Source of the DNA: Eledone cirrhosa
Lineage: Eukaryota
Assembly: GCA_964016885.1 (NCBI GenBank)
Contig: OZ024746.1
Location: 35,650,001 to 35,714,000, forward strand
Direction: 5' to 3'
Length of the DNA: 64,000 nucleotides
The position numbers and the translations under genes were made by a program. The notes below the pieces were generated by a model. That model saw nothing but the letters and a program-made list of their open reading frames with translations. It ran no database searches and had not been told where the DNA came from. Shown here piece after piece: positions 1 through 14,781 of the stretch (the first letter of the stretch is position 1; every line of letters begins with the position of its first letter).

Positions 1-552
1 AGCTTAATGACTATGAAATTATACTCAAGTTCAAATGGATAATCTAATTGAAACAACAGGAAACATTGGCAGTGGTAAACAGGGGCGCTGTCACTATAGG
101 ATCTATAGTGTGACATACTCTCAGGTCTTGAATAATAGTCCTTCCCTCGCTAATTAATTTTTCAGATTTTCTCCAACTCCCGGCACCACTTATTAAATTT
201 TGCTAATCCGTCTCCGGGGAAATTTTATTGTAAGTGATGTATATCCATACAGGAGCTGGAGAATCTGATAATATTATTTTACATTTAAAAAATACAATAT
301 ATATGACAAAAAGAGAATATTACCAGATATTCCATATTTTCAAACGTACACTTTACAATTATCGATTCAACGCCCGTTTATTCCAACCCACGTATGTATA
401 GATTACACATTTATCTATACATAGACTGATTAAGATATAATCTGGATTGACAAATAAAATATACATTTATATTCCTCAGCTTTTTTATATGTTTCAGTGT
501 ATTTTTTTACAGAATGCTCTATAAGTAGTCATTTACCCCAGTAAGCATAGTC

Positions 553-1897
553 GTTTTTTCTTCTTACAATAGTTTATAACTTTGCCCATTAATCCTTATG
601 TTGAGCAAATGGCCTCCCCACAGCCCCGGGGACAGAATGGAGGAGGCGTTTCCCCGGAGGATGGTTAGGGAGATGCGCTGGTAGAGCCATTCCAACTCGC
701 GAGGCTCATACCAGCGGCTGGCTAGCTACGCGCCTCTGGTGGTGAATAGGGTGTAGCCCTAGGGTCGAGGACAGCAGAGGTCTCCACTGCCAAGGGCACG
801 TCTGCGAACCTGTCGGAGAGCGACCGGTACTTGGAGAGTTTGGCCTCCTCAACCCGACGTGCAGCAGTGCCTGGGTTAGTCGCAGACAGCACCTGGTTGC
901 GGCTAGAGAAAGTGTCGCTGCAAGTGGCATCCTAAACAAGGGGTTTGCCACCGTGGAACGGGAAGATGGTCATACCGTCTGGCCTTTTGCCATCCTTTCG
1001 GTCCAGCCACACCGGATCGAGCAGGGAGGGGAAGCCTGCAGCGTCCAAGCCATGCTTAATGACCTCGTTGAGGGTAGCATGGCATGGAAGGCATCTGGCA
1101 CTATGGTGAGAGGAAAGTGGGTGAATCCGAAAGAGTCCACGGTGGATCCACAGCGACATTTATGTGGCTCGCAGATCCGGAGTCCAAGCCGCAAGGAAAC
1201 GGCAATGCGCAGGCTATAGTTATCCAGCTTCGTGCCAGTGGAAAAGGAGGGCAAGGCATGGAGGCAGGTACAACTGTGGGGTTTGGAGGCCGCACGAAAA
1301 CAGGCAAGGCGGTGCCGGTTGAGCTGGCGCCTGAGCCTGTCTGAGGCCAGGTTGCACTGGATGGCATCTGATACGCTTTGGGGGGACTTGACGTCAGCAG
1401 GGGGAGGAGGAGGAACGTCTACCGGACTAAGTCCCAGCCTGTCCCACGTCTCACAGGCGGCCTCACGTTCACTGAACACATAGGGTTGTATTGTGTTTTG
1501 GAGAACCCTGCTGGCGAGGACGCGGCATGAGGTTACCGATGAAAGTAACGCCGGCAAAGCCAGCGAGATCGAGGACCGGAGGCCAAGGCCGCCAAATCTG
1601 ACAGGTAAAATGGCCTGTTGCTATCCAATATTGTCAAACTTGACGTTGCGTATCTCCTCAGCTGCCGCTCGGAGACAAGTGTCAAGGTTAGCACGGAGAG
1701 ATGTGTGACTGTAGTACGGAGCGCTGCGAAGGGTGCAGAGGAGCTTCGGCATTGCGAAGCCGTTCCTCAACAGGAATAGAGCTGGGTGGCTGTCGATCTA
1801 GCTCAGTCGACTCGTGAGGGTCTGGAGTTGTTATACCCTAGACCTGATGGTGGAGCGGATGGCCGGTGAGTGGATCGGTGACCCGAGGATGAGGACA
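553..1897 (-). mobile_element. 5'-truncated, frameshifted CRE-type (RLE-endonuclease) non-LTR retrotransposon relic
   Basis: Broken minus-strand frames give RIAVSLRLGLRICEPHKCRCG (zinc finger), HATLNEVI, RKDGKRPDGMTIFPFHGGKPLV then DAT (PD-(D/E)xK restriction-like endonuclease). The layout is typical of CRE-clade elements. Ends are approximate. Confidence 0.8.
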
Positions 1898-2463
1898 CCC
1901 CATATGATATGAAACACATTCATGTGTTTCTGTGTGGTAAACAGAAAGGTTAGGCGAGGAAAGAATCTATAATAATAAAATATTTTTTTGTCCACATCTA
2001 AATATGCAAAACTGTATCTAATGAGAATTGAGAATTCGATGTTAATTCCCTGCGTTTAAATTTATTATTACACTGAATATGAACATTATTTTACGACGTC
2101 GCATAATATATGCAAAGAACAATGTATTCCTTTATAACTACGATGTTCTATTTCGAACATGCTTATTTTTTTTTCACGCATATCCATAATTTAATTTTAA
2201 ATTATAATTTATATTTGAGATTTCCATCTATTATTTCTCGTCAAACATGTCTTACTAAATCGTATGTTACTCCGATTCTTCACATAGTGAAATATATTAA
2301 TTCATTACATTTTTATTACATTGTCCCAATAATAACGCGAAAGATCGGGGATTCTATGGTTTTGAGAGTAGAATAAGAAGGATATATGACGGGACAAGAT
2401 ATAACTATTATATGCCTATAGCACCCTTTATCATATTCAGTCATATATCTATATATATCTATA

Positions 2464-2545
<82 letters not shown>

Positions 2546-2666
2546 GGAAAGTTATATTTAAATTGTAACTAGTAAATATTTATAACTGATATAAAAGCAC
2601 TCAACAAGTATTTGGAGTATATTTACGATATTAAATAAATGGAAACTATATTTATAAAACCATATT

Positions 2667-2732
2667 TATTTCATTATATATATTTCAGGGATATCATATT
2701 AACAATATGTTATGCCTTCTTCAGACAAAATA
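2667..2732 (-). ncRNA. Type I hammerhead ribozyme motif (mirror copy)
   Basis: Reverse complement of the motif at 2886-2951. Confidence 0.7.
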
Positions 2733-2885
2733 CAATATAGACAGTTTTATAGATAAATAGATTTGACATACCGTTCAACATCGACTTGTATTTGAAAAGG
2801 TTGATTTGGCAGATCAACTTTTTCAAATACAAGTCGATGTTGAACGGTATGTCAAATCTATTTATCTATAAAACTGTCTATATTG

Positions 2886-2951
2886 TATTTTGTCTGAAGA
2901 AGGCATAACATATTGTTAATATGATATCCCTGAAATATATATAATGAAATA
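2886..2951 (+). ncRNA. Type I (minimal, PLE-type) hammerhead ribozyme motif
   Basis: TATTTTGT-CTGAAGA-AGG..CATATT/AATATG..CCT-GAAA-TATATA-TA|-ATGAAATA. It has an 8-bp stem I (2 G-U pairs), an intact core, a palindromic stem III and an AUA cleavage triplet after 2943. Confidence 0.75.
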
Positions 2952-2991
2952 AATATGGTTTTATAAATATAGTTTCCATTTATTTAATATC

Positions 2992-3062
<71 letters not shown>

Positions 3063-3280
3063 CAAGTGTATATTTGTTTTCAGTTGATTATAGATTATAT
3101 TTAAGTAAATTCATTACTCTGAATATAAATATATATTCTGTCAGTGAGATTCTTTCACAAACTTTACACAAATAATTACCGCTACTTCTAGAAAATAACA
3201 TTTCAAATGTTAATTTAATCTCCCCCTCACTTTCTCCCACTCTCCATCTCGATCTATCTACTTATCCCTCTCTCTATCTC

Positions 3281-3375
<95 letters not shown>

Positions 3376-3874
3376 GTTTGTGTGTGTGTGTGTAATTGTG
3401 TGTGTGTGTGTGTGTGTATGTGTGTGTGTGTGTATGTGTGTGTGTGTGTGTGTATGTGTGTGTATAAATATTAATGTGTATATATATATATGTAATCGTA
3501 TTAAATATGTGTAATATCAACATTCGAATGTGGAGTATATCTATTTTAGATAATACATTACGATGTGTCATCAATCAGTCAGATAAAAACAGTTTCAGTG
3601 ATGTTCAATTCATTTTTTGTTATATCTCTATATTTATATATGTCTCAAAGGTTTGTTTGATGCCTTTTATTCGTGTACATTTTATGTGATGAAGAGTGAC
3701 ACAATACTGTATCTTTATTGCAATGGAGTAGAAGATAATATCTATCTCATCTCTATGAAAATGTCAAACGGTTATAAAAGATAGAATACACCACAAAGCA
3801 AAATGTATATACGAATATCTCACACACAGAAATGCGCAGAAACAGACACAATACACTTAAATGTATATATATTC

Positions 3875-4028
<154 letters not shown>

Positions 4029-4040
4029 TATATATATATA

Positions 4041-4105
<65 letters not shown>

Positions 4106-4227
4106 TATATATATAATCACTTCTTTCAGGACACGTATTTTAATAGCTCTTATCTTATTCTAGGTTGTTTTGTGTATCGTTTTATTTTTTCAGATAAATG
4201 ATGATGTAGAGCTGGCTAACATCCCAA

Positions 4228-5075
4228 ATGGAAAGGCACACAGTAATCCTTGTTTTTAAGACGGAACATTGTGATTTAGAGATTGCACATTCGTTTGTTG
4301 CCATAGTTTGCAAAGATCTAGAAGACGTTGACTTCGATTCTACCATTGTAGCCCAATGTAAAACGTCAGCGAATTTCTCTAACACCATTTGAACAGCAGC
4401 GTTTATACAAAAAATGCCGGTAAGTATTGGAAAGGAGCTCAATTTTTCAAGACTATCGGATAATATATGCATGTGGCCTTTAGATACAAATTATATGTGA
4501 TGCAAAGAGGTCAATGCAAATCTGCAATTTAAAACGCTAGACGTTTCATCCGCGCAAACACCTGAGCTAATGAAACATGTTTATGGAGAGACACAAAATA
4601 TATTCCATCTGTTGTGCACGTTTCAATCAAATGTGATGGTTCGGTGTGTCATGAGCAACGATTGCTTTGTCATGCCCCCACATATTTTCCACAGGAGTTC
4701 GGTGGCAATGCTGCTGATAATAAGGATGTGTTGGAGAGGGTTGTGATGGTAAGACCGCACACCTACCTGTAAATCTCTGTGACGTGTCAATATGTCAAGC
4801 TGACACAAATCTGAATGAGTTACAATCTTCACGATTACGTCACCCCAAACATATGCTATACTACTTCTCCAGACCTGGTCTTTTACACTCCTTGTGTGGG
4901 GCATGGTCAAGGAGGACATAAATCGACACCCATATAAAACTGGAACATTTCTGAAGTTTGCTATGAGTAGCACACTGTCCAAACAAGGTAAAGATCATTT
5001 GATTCAGTCATATCAAAACTTCCGACCTCGTACCGAAGCATTTATCAATTATAATGACAGATATATTCAGTTGCT
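4228..5075 (+). pseudogene. Decayed Tc1/mariner-superfamily transposase
   Basis: Interrupted frames read MERHTVILVFKTEHCDLEIA, VMVRCVMSNDCFVMPPHIF, NLHDYVTPNI..SPDL (decayed WPPxSPDLNP) and VWGMVKEDINRHP..DHLIQSYQNFRPRTEAFI. There are many stops and indels, and no TIRs were found. Confidence 0.75.
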
Positions 5076-5240
5076 GAATCAGGATGATTCTCAAGATTAT
5101 TCGTGGCAATTATTTCTCTTTCATGATTTGTGCATCTTTTTACTAAACACAAGTTAATGTCTTTAAAAACTGAGCAATGAATATATCTATATCTATGGAG
5201 GGTATGTGTATTAATGTATGTGGATGTATGTATGTTTATG

Positions 5241-5285
<45 letters not shown>

Positions 5286-5444
5286 ACACACACCCACACA
5301 CCCACACAGACACACACACACATACAAACATATCTATGTATGTTTGAATGTATGCAGTATGCATGAATGTATATATGTATGTATGTATGTGTGTGTGTGT
5401 GTATGTGTGTGTGTGTGTGTTATCTTATTCTTTCATTGTTTAGA

Positions 5445-5730
5445 AGTGTTCTGGGTGCGGAGAACGGAGAGTCACACCAGGTAGAGCCGCTATTTCTTCG
5501 AATTGAAAGATCACAGGGAAGAATTACTTGGCATATTTTGAGAGCAAAACTAACCGGCAGGAGACTCATGTGTATACCCCGCGCATGATGTTTGGATAAT
5601 ATCCGTGAGCTTGATTGGTCTCGCTTGGAGATCCAATCGTATCAGCTGGAAACGGTTGCTCCTGACAAAACGCGCTGGAAGTAGTGTGTGAATGCTCTAT
5701 CCTGACGAACCTCTCAGGAATAAGTGGGCA
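5445..5730 (+). mobile_element. 3' fragment of an RTE-clade LINE
   Basis: Translates to QVEPLFLRIERSQ..HILRAKLTGRR..LDNIRELDWSRLEIQ..VAPDKTRWK, which resembles the RTE C-terminus (RIERSQLRWFGH, GRRPRGRPR, DRxxW). Confidence 0.65.
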
Positions 5731-6072
5731 AATATATATTGTTTAACACTTTGAATCAGCCAGCCAAAAACCGGGAGTTGCTTCCCTTGTTGAAAATAAC
5801 ACGTGAGAACTAAATGTACGTTTGGCTTGCTTATAGCAGCAGCATTTAGCGTTCACTCCGATTTTTAGCAGAACGGAATCCCTGTCGATGAAATGAATCC
5901 TATGATCGATCATGGAATACAACGCGCGTGCCTGTTACGTAAGTCGGATATTTGATTTCGGATTTCATAGAAACACTTTACACGTATATCGTTTGATTTG
6001 TCCAGGTGTATCCTTTTAACCTGTTAGTTTTGTCGTTACTTTGGTATTGTTCGATTTTACTAAGCTTCCACT

Positions 6073-6152
<80 letters not shown>

Positions 6153-6161
6153 TACATATAT

Positions 6162-6239
<78 letters not shown>

Positions 6240-6251
6240 ATATATATATAT

Positions 6252-6322
<71 letters not shown>

Positions 6323-7427
6323 GTTGGTGAGACACTTTTACGGGGCACTGCATATCATTTTTTGTTGATGTTTGATGGCCTTGTGAATTGATATCATATT
6401 GTGGATTGTTACGGGCTGGTTTGTTAATCTAACTGTCTTCGCTTACATGTTACATTTTCATTGTTTTCCTTCTCGGATTATGAATAGTTTTTGGCCAAGT
6501 TTCAATATTTTTATTAAGTTAAAAGATGCTTTTCGAATGCTGCCACTAATCGGCTTTTGCGATCTGAAACTTTAACTCTTTTCCTGTTGCTTGATTTGTT
6601 ATTTTCTGTTTTTGTTTGAAAAGTTTTTGTTTGTAAAATTGATTGGATTTTATAGGAAAGCATTATTTGATTCATGTTCAATGAACGGTGCCAATTGTGA
6701 TTTGTTTATATTATCCTACTGAATGATACGTTGTCCAATACAATTTCATGATGGATGTCTCTACAATTTCATGAATCTTATGTACAATAAATAAAGTATA
6801 TTATAGCAGAGCTCGTCGTTGTGGTTAGGAGGGATTCGTTTAGAAATTCTCTAGGAATCATGCAAAAGTTTGTAAAAAGAGTTAAAAGTAGTCCTTTATA
6901 TTATTTAAGAGTTTCGTAAGAATGCGTTTGATGTGAGAATTTTGCATGTTGCAGATATAAGAGGACATTTATCATTCAGAACCGCATGCCCCTTATCTAA
7001 ATCTACCAGTAATTCGATTTCAGTATATTCTTTGGAAACGGAATAGCATGATTGTTAGGAAATTTGCTTAGAACTAAATTTCCGTTCTCCACTGGAGGTC
7101 AGTGCTTAGACTTGTGTGTTCATTAATTCAAAAACTTTGAGCAACAGAGAATTTTCCAGTTGCTAGCCGACCAGAATTAAGTCATTGAGTAATCCATTAC
7201 AGAAATAAGATATGAAAAAACCTGCCTGATGAATAACTTTCCCATCTATTATTATATACAGGAAGATTTCACCATTGTATTACTGATTCCGCCAAACAGA
7301 AATAATATTAGACTAGAAAGAGAATAAGAAGTTTGAGTGTAGGTGTGAGGGAAAGAGAAAGAGATAGAGAGTTAAGACACTCTAAAAGAAAATACATTGA
7401 TCCCTCAGGTATCAGATTGTTCAAATT

Positions 7428-7537
7428 TCTTCTTCTTCTTCTTCTTCTTCTTCTTCTTCTTCTTCTTCTTCTTCTTCTTCTTCTTCTTCTTCTTCTTCTT
7501 CTTCTTCTTCTTCTTCTTCTTCTTCTTCTTCTTCTTC
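7428..7537. repeat. (CTT)n microsatellite
   Basis: Direct reading. It produces spurious poly-L and poly-R ORFs. Confidence 0.98.
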
Positions 7538-8476
7538 TCGTCATTATTATAGTCAACATCGTCTTCATCGTCATCACCATTATTATCATAATTATAAGCT
7601 TCATGTAAAAGCGTTATTTATAAATATTAGTCTCCTATTCAGTTTGTCTTTTCTCAGGGTAAAAGTATTCTAGAACATAAATGTCAATTTTCTCAAACTT
7701 TCTCATCCATCTTTAAGGCTCCTCCTCCACTTTCGCTCTTCTCCATCACTTTCGCAGTCTACTTTTATCTCATATAGAATTCTGGAAGAAGAAAAAGAAA
7801 AAAAATGAAAAAAAAAATGACTTTTTTTCTGTTAACAAATCAGTGACTATTTTAACATTTCTCTTAATGGTTTCTTTGCTCAGAAGATTATCAAGTGTAA
7901 TGGAAAAATCAGTGAGATTTTACTATTTTAGAATACAGCATGTATTTATTTAAGTTTCAGATTTAGATCTCTTTCTCTCTTAATCTCTCTCACAGTGTAT
8001 ATATATTTCTCTCTCTTTCCCCAGACCTACTCTGCCTTCTTATCTCAATGCTTTTGTTTGTATATCAAATATATTTCTTTTAATATCTTACATTAATAGT
8101 ACGTTTTACTCTATGTTTTCTGTTATGAATTTTTATTTACTTTTGCATATTTTAAATTTATATTTTCTTTAGAAAACATTTATATCACGATATTTTACAC
8201 ATATATGTTTGCATGTTTATTCAAATATTATTTCTTCTATTTTTAAATTTCTTTTCTTCTTTTGGGCGGGACTTCGTTATATTTTCTCTCAATTTTTAGT
8301 TTTAGTTATTTAGGTTTTCCTAATTTTTAATTCATATTTTTCAAATGTTCAATACATTTCAGTTTCATTTTTATTTGAATTATAAATGGAAAAACATAAG
8401 AATATATAAAGAAGAATGAAATTGTCAGTTCAAACCATTAATGTTTTCTCTCCAGAAAATCTAGAAAATGGCTTTC

Positions 8477-8659
<183 letters not shown>

Positions 8660-9441
8660 TACTATCGAGAGTTTCCGTGGAATGGATGCAGGAGAAATAT
8701 CTATCTATTTTATCGACGGATCTGAGATATGAATGTTTACTCGGTACAATTATCAATGAGTAAGGTTTCGAAGCTTGCCCCTATAGTGGCTATAAAGTTT
8801 TATTATCGCCCAAAGTGGGGCTGTTTGTTATCAAGCGAGTATTTATGAAGGTTGCCGTTATTTCAGATGAGATCTCATAAGATCAAATCGGTGGACTTAA
8901 GATGAATACCTAATTCATTGGTAGTAACTTCTCTTTTGATGAGTGTAACTATGCAAATATTCATATATATACTGTATAATTTTGAATATCGCCCTTAAAA
9001 CATGTTTGAATGAGGGGTCTGTGATTGGAACTTAATTGAGACCGCTTTTCTAGGCTTATGCTAAAAAGGTTTTGTGAATGTATATGTTTTTCTTTTTAAT
9101 GTACATTATTTGAAGTCATGTCATTCATTACATACCCTCTGAGGTACACATTGCTGAACACAACCTCGATTAATGTGTAGGCATTTTCTGATTGTTGATA
9201 TTAGATATCTGAACCGCTATTTTCCATTCTAATAGAAGATGAAGATGGGATCTGAGGTGCAGGTAACCTAAACATTTTGTTCTTAATCTTCAGATTATAT
9301 TGCGGGATTTCTATTGTTTAATTTTCCGGAAATTGTCTTTGGACTGTTCATATCGAGGGTACTCCATGTAATTCTGTCGGTTATCCTATTATGTATTAGT
9401 TCCCAGACTCGCTGTGCCATGGAAGGCCTGTGAGTAATATG

Positions 9442-9843
9442 AGGCTTATTTCGTGCGACATGGGCTTTCGCAGCTCAACTCTATGAATGAGCTATAATCC
9501 CGGGTCAAGTGCTAACCACAGTTGGTCAACTGGTATCTACAATGCTGTCAGGCATACGTGGTATTTAAATACCTGCACAGCGTGATAGAAAGCAAGGAAA
9601 TAAAAAAATTATTTTCTGTGTAGTGTTAGTGGAAAATACGAATCTCTATGGCCTGGATGCGGTTTTGTAATTGTATTCTTTTGTCTCCAGGGGACTAAGG
9701 CACCTGATATGTACATATGTACATATGACCTTGTACCATATACACATATCATTCGCAACACTGTTTTGTTGGTGGCTTCGCACATTATACACCTGGCATT
9801 ACATTTCAGCAGCAGTGGACAATTCTACTTTACCTACCATTCT

Positions 9844-9935
<92 letters not shown>

Positions 9936-9939
9936 TGAG

Positions 9940-9974
<35 letters not shown>

Positions 9975-10459
9975 ATGAAAGACTGATAGTTGAGTGTTTG
10001 AATGTCTGATAGTCTATGTTTGAATTTGTGAGTAATGTATCTGTATGAAGGGTATAATCCCACTGCTGCGAGAATCCATCTGATGCCCTCATTAACCCCA
10101 TGCTCCCTTTCAGATGAGACGAATAATGATGCACCGAAACACGCTACAGTTACCGTACATGTGGGATTAGCTCGAGGGTTATAACGATTATGCCAGCGAA
10201 AGAAACTTCCAACGAGATTAGGCTTATTTCGTGCGACATGGGCTTTCGCAGCTCAACTCTATGAATGAGCTATAATCCCGGGTCAAGTGCTAACCACAGT
10301 TGGTCAACTGGTATCTACAATGCTGTCAGGCATACGTGGTATTTAAATACCTGCACAGCGTGATAGAAAGCAAGGAAATAAAAAATTATTTTCTGTGTAG
10401 TATTAGTGGAAAATACGAATCTCTATGGCCTGGATGCGGTTTTGTAATTGTATTCTTTT
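9442..10459 (+). repeat. ~240 bp near-identical direct repeat (9442-9682 and 10220-10459)
   Basis: Both copies run aggcttatttcgtgcg...gtaattgtattctttt with about 1 substitution. Confidence 0.92.
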
Positions 10460-11216
10460 TTGGCGAAAACATGGCGGAACATGAATCAATGGGCTAAATT
10501 ATTTTTTCCCACCTCCACATACTACAGACACGTGTTTCTGCTTCATTACTTAATTTTGCTGGTTTCTGGTTAGCAGTTTGCCAGACGGAACTATAGCTTA
10601 AAATCCTTCCTCTTTGCCTTGATTCCAGTAATTTTCAGTATTTAATATGCAGGCATGTCCTATGCAATTACTTATCAATGGTATATTCTAGCATAAATCG
10701 TGACAATGTTTGGTGTTTATTCTCATTTTTCTTATTAAACATCTACAATTCTAGTCTATATGCGATAATTAGTGGCTTCCTGTAGAATAAAAAAAAAACT
10801 TTTGTTTTTGGCGTGATTCTTCGATAAATATGATTAGTTTTCCATTATTCTTTTGCTATATATTTATGTCGGCATATATATTAGATACTTCATAACATAG
10901 AGACATATGCATACACGCAACGCAAACGCACACACAACATCCCCTTATATATATACATACAGTTATATATATATATGTGTGTGTCTATATATATATATAT
11001 GTACCTTCTATCCAGCAAATGTTACTTCGCAGCAGAAATACGTATCACTACCAACATTCTCCTGTTCTCTGGTAAATATGCTAAAGTTAAAGTTAATAGC
11101 AACGTTATAGTTATATGTTCCAGTTCCTGTTAGTTGAATCTGGTGCCACTATCAATGCAAAATCGAACACATATATAAATCATATATGCGTAAAATGTTG
11201 CGATATATTATTTATA

Positions 11217-11295
<79 letters not shown>

Positions 11296-11311
11296 CAGAG
11301 AGAGAGAGAGT

Positions 11312-11429
<118 letters not shown>

Positions 11430-11494
11430 GCAAACATAAGTTTGGAATTAACTGTTTTTACGAATACGCAAATGTTTCTATAAAGATTCTCACA

Positions 11495-11564
<70 letters not shown>

Positions 11565-13734
11565 AATTTCTTTGAACAATAAATTTAAATAATATTGAAT
11601 AAGAAATGGTTCCAAGTTTGTGCGTTCTATCAAAGATTTTATAAGGATTAAATTCCGAATTAAGACGTTAATGAACAATTGAAATTTTGCCTATTTATTC
11701 TTCAGGTCGAGAATGTATTTAACTTAATGTCCCAATGGACCAACTTACATCCTAATACATATAAAACCATGTTTAATGTTCACGCCATTGTATTTGAAAT
11801 GTTTCTCCTGTGTGCACTTGAAATATATTAATAGATTATGTTATGTTCCGGCCATTAATTCTCAATATAAGAAACAAAACGCACAAAATAAAGCATTAGA
11901 TTGCTGCAACCTGACCTACATAATTTCCAGTGTTGGTTCAAAGGCAAAACCCAATATACAAAACAGTTCTAAACTTAATTTGAACGTTTGCATATATGTG
12001 GATTTTTTTCAAGCTATTCTATAGATATTCCTATGCACATCATCATTTAAATACCTCAGCCCTACCTTTTGAACGAGGGAATTTCGGCACGTTGTTTTAG
12101 GCATTTTAAGTAGCGAAAAGTAAGGAAAAAGCGAACGATTTTTAACTGGTGATGTTAACATCGCATTTAAATTTGTCTCATTTTCAACTTTTTTATTTCT
12201 TCCAATGTTTATTTCACGGACGCAATATACGTCTAAGCAAATTTGGTTTGAATTTAATATCCATGGACATTATTTGTGTTTTTTTTCTCAATTCTATGTA
12301 ATATTGCAGAAGTTTGCTCTAATTATCTTCTAGTTCATTTGTATGATATGTCGCTGTGGTTCGTTGCTGAAATATACTTGGGCAACCGACGGGAAATACG
12401 TTAACATGTGTACGAAGTAAGTGTTCTGTATGATATACATGATTTTCACCCGTATCTTATCTATCTCCCTTAGACGAAACCACAGGCATGTATTCAAGGC
12501 AACAACCTCTGTTTCCCATCCAGGTTAGCAGGTCATCGCTGTGAATTCATGTGTCTGTTGCTATGGTCTCCCTGTTTTCTGAGCTTTCTGGTTGAAGAGA
12601 TCTTCCACATAAAAAATGTGAAACCATATCATCTTTTGTGCAGAAGTAGTAAACAGCAAACTTTCTACGACGTTCAATTAGTTGCGCACTTCATTTAGGG
12701 ATTTTCCGTATATCTGATTAAACGAGTGCTGGGTCTGTTTCTCTTATTGTCAAACATCAATAAGCATACCTCAGCACTGAGACCTGTGTAAGAATAATTG
12801 TGATATTTGTGTTCGTCGGTTAGTGATAGATTGTTCAAAGTCGCCTCTACCACCACTACAGTCCCAAGTATGACTTGTTTGTATAAGTATTCGCTTTGGA
12901 TATTATTCACACACACATATACACACACACACACACCCACACACATACACCCCCCCACACACACCCCCACACATATTTATATATATATATATATATAATT
13001 GATAAAGTTTCTACTTCAGTGTTGCAGTCAACCAGATTTCAATAGTTTTCCCTGAAGAAACATTAATTTGTGTACGGCACATTTTCATACATTTAACCCC
13101 ATAATATTTTGAAATGCTGATCATAGCTGACCAGTGACATTGAAAGATATAATGATTTGTACACATTGCAAACGAATGCAATTGGCATGAAATACATTCA
13201 GTTAAATTCTGCGACTACAAAAAAAGAAAAATAATTAACATAATAAATCGATGGCTACCACAAACACATCAGCTACTAAATAAGTCAGATCAAATCAATA
13301 AAACTAGAAACCTATACCAAGTAAATAAATCTAAATCAAATTTAAACCTGTCACAGATAGACGATAACGAAATCAAAACCTAACCATTATAGTGGTACAA
13401 ATAGGACTCAACGTCCAATTGCAATCACAGACAGTGGCTACAGTACCACATATTTTGAAGTGCACATACCTATTAAATATCAAAACCTAATCACACAAGT
13501 ATAAAACGTGATGGTTGTTGCCCATACATCAAATAACCCGGCAGGCTAAGTTAAACCAAATTAACCGAAACTTAAAATAATCAGTCCATTAAATGAATTA
13601 TAATTGATAATAAATTAACAAATAAGAACCAACAATATGAATCGAACCGTAAGGAAGCCTAGCTGAAATTCCCTTGACTTCCAAACTTACACTTTTTGTT
13701 ATATATATTGATGATGATATAGATACCTGAATTG

Positions 13735-13736
<2 letters not shown>

Positions 13737-13818
<82 letters not shown>

Positions 13819-13877
13819 GTGCGCTTATGTTAGTAGATATATTAAATTATCTATATATATATATATTATATATATAT

Positions 13878-13930
<53 letters not shown>

Positions 13931-13960
13931 GTGCGCTATGTTAGTAGATATATTAAATTA

Positions 13961-14040
<80 letters not shown>

Positions 14041-14049
14041 ACACATATG

Positions 14050-14096
<47 letters not shown>

Positions 14097-14117
14097 ATAT
14101 ATATAATATACATATAC

Positions 14118-14203
<86 letters not shown>

Positions 14204-14305
14204 TTATATATATATAAATATATATAATTCGTTTTAATATGTATATATATATATATATAATTATATATATATATATTGGCAGCATGACCCGCCCAAACTA
14301 TAACA

Positions 14306-14350
<45 letters not shown>
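13737..14350. repeat. Compound (TA)n microsatellite block, representative of dozens of (TA)n/(GA)n/(CA)n tracts in the window
   Basis: Direct reading. A ~35 bp unique insert is duplicated at about 13817 and 13929. Confidence 0.95.
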
Positions 14351-14353
<3 letters not shown>

Positions 14354-14536
14354 AGGTGGTGAGTTTTATTGTAGTACAATAAAGCAATGCTGATATCGGA
14401 TAAGAAGCACTCTACAGTTTGTAGGACTGGAGTATACATAATATATAAGATCAAAAGATGGTTAAATGAGTTCCATGTATTTTATTATGCGCATTTCAAA
14501 AACAAATATCAACATTTGTGTTTTCATCAGATAAAT

Positions 14537-14736
14537 NNNNNNNNNNNNNNNNNNNNNNNNNNNNNNNNNNNNNNNNNNNNNNNNNNNNNNNNNNNNNNNN
14601 NNNNNNNNNNNNNNNNNNNNNNNNNNNNNNNNNNNNNNNNNNNNNNNNNNNNNNNNNNNNNNNNNNNNNNNNNNNNNNNNNNNNNNNNNNNNNNNNNNNN
14701 NNNNNNNNNNNNNNNNNNNNNNNNNNNNNNNNNNNN
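14537..14736. other. Assembly gap (200 N)
   Basis: Run of n characters. Confidence 1.
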
Positions 14737-14781
14737 ATTAAACATCTTTTGATCTTATATATATATTATAATATATGTATA

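Larger units (their letters stand above)
2624..2994. repeat. ~370 bp near-perfect palindrome (inverted pair of PLE-type terminal repeats) next to (TA)n
   Basis: 2624-2805 is the reverse complement of 2813-2994 with about 1 mismatch. The loop is ttggcag and the right arm runs into (TA)n. Confidence 0.95.

Noticed and set aside
4194-4425. Exon-like segment (ttttcAG ... GTAAGT)
   Set aside because: There are stops in all frames, and the sequence is explained as the decayed Tc1/mariner transposase.
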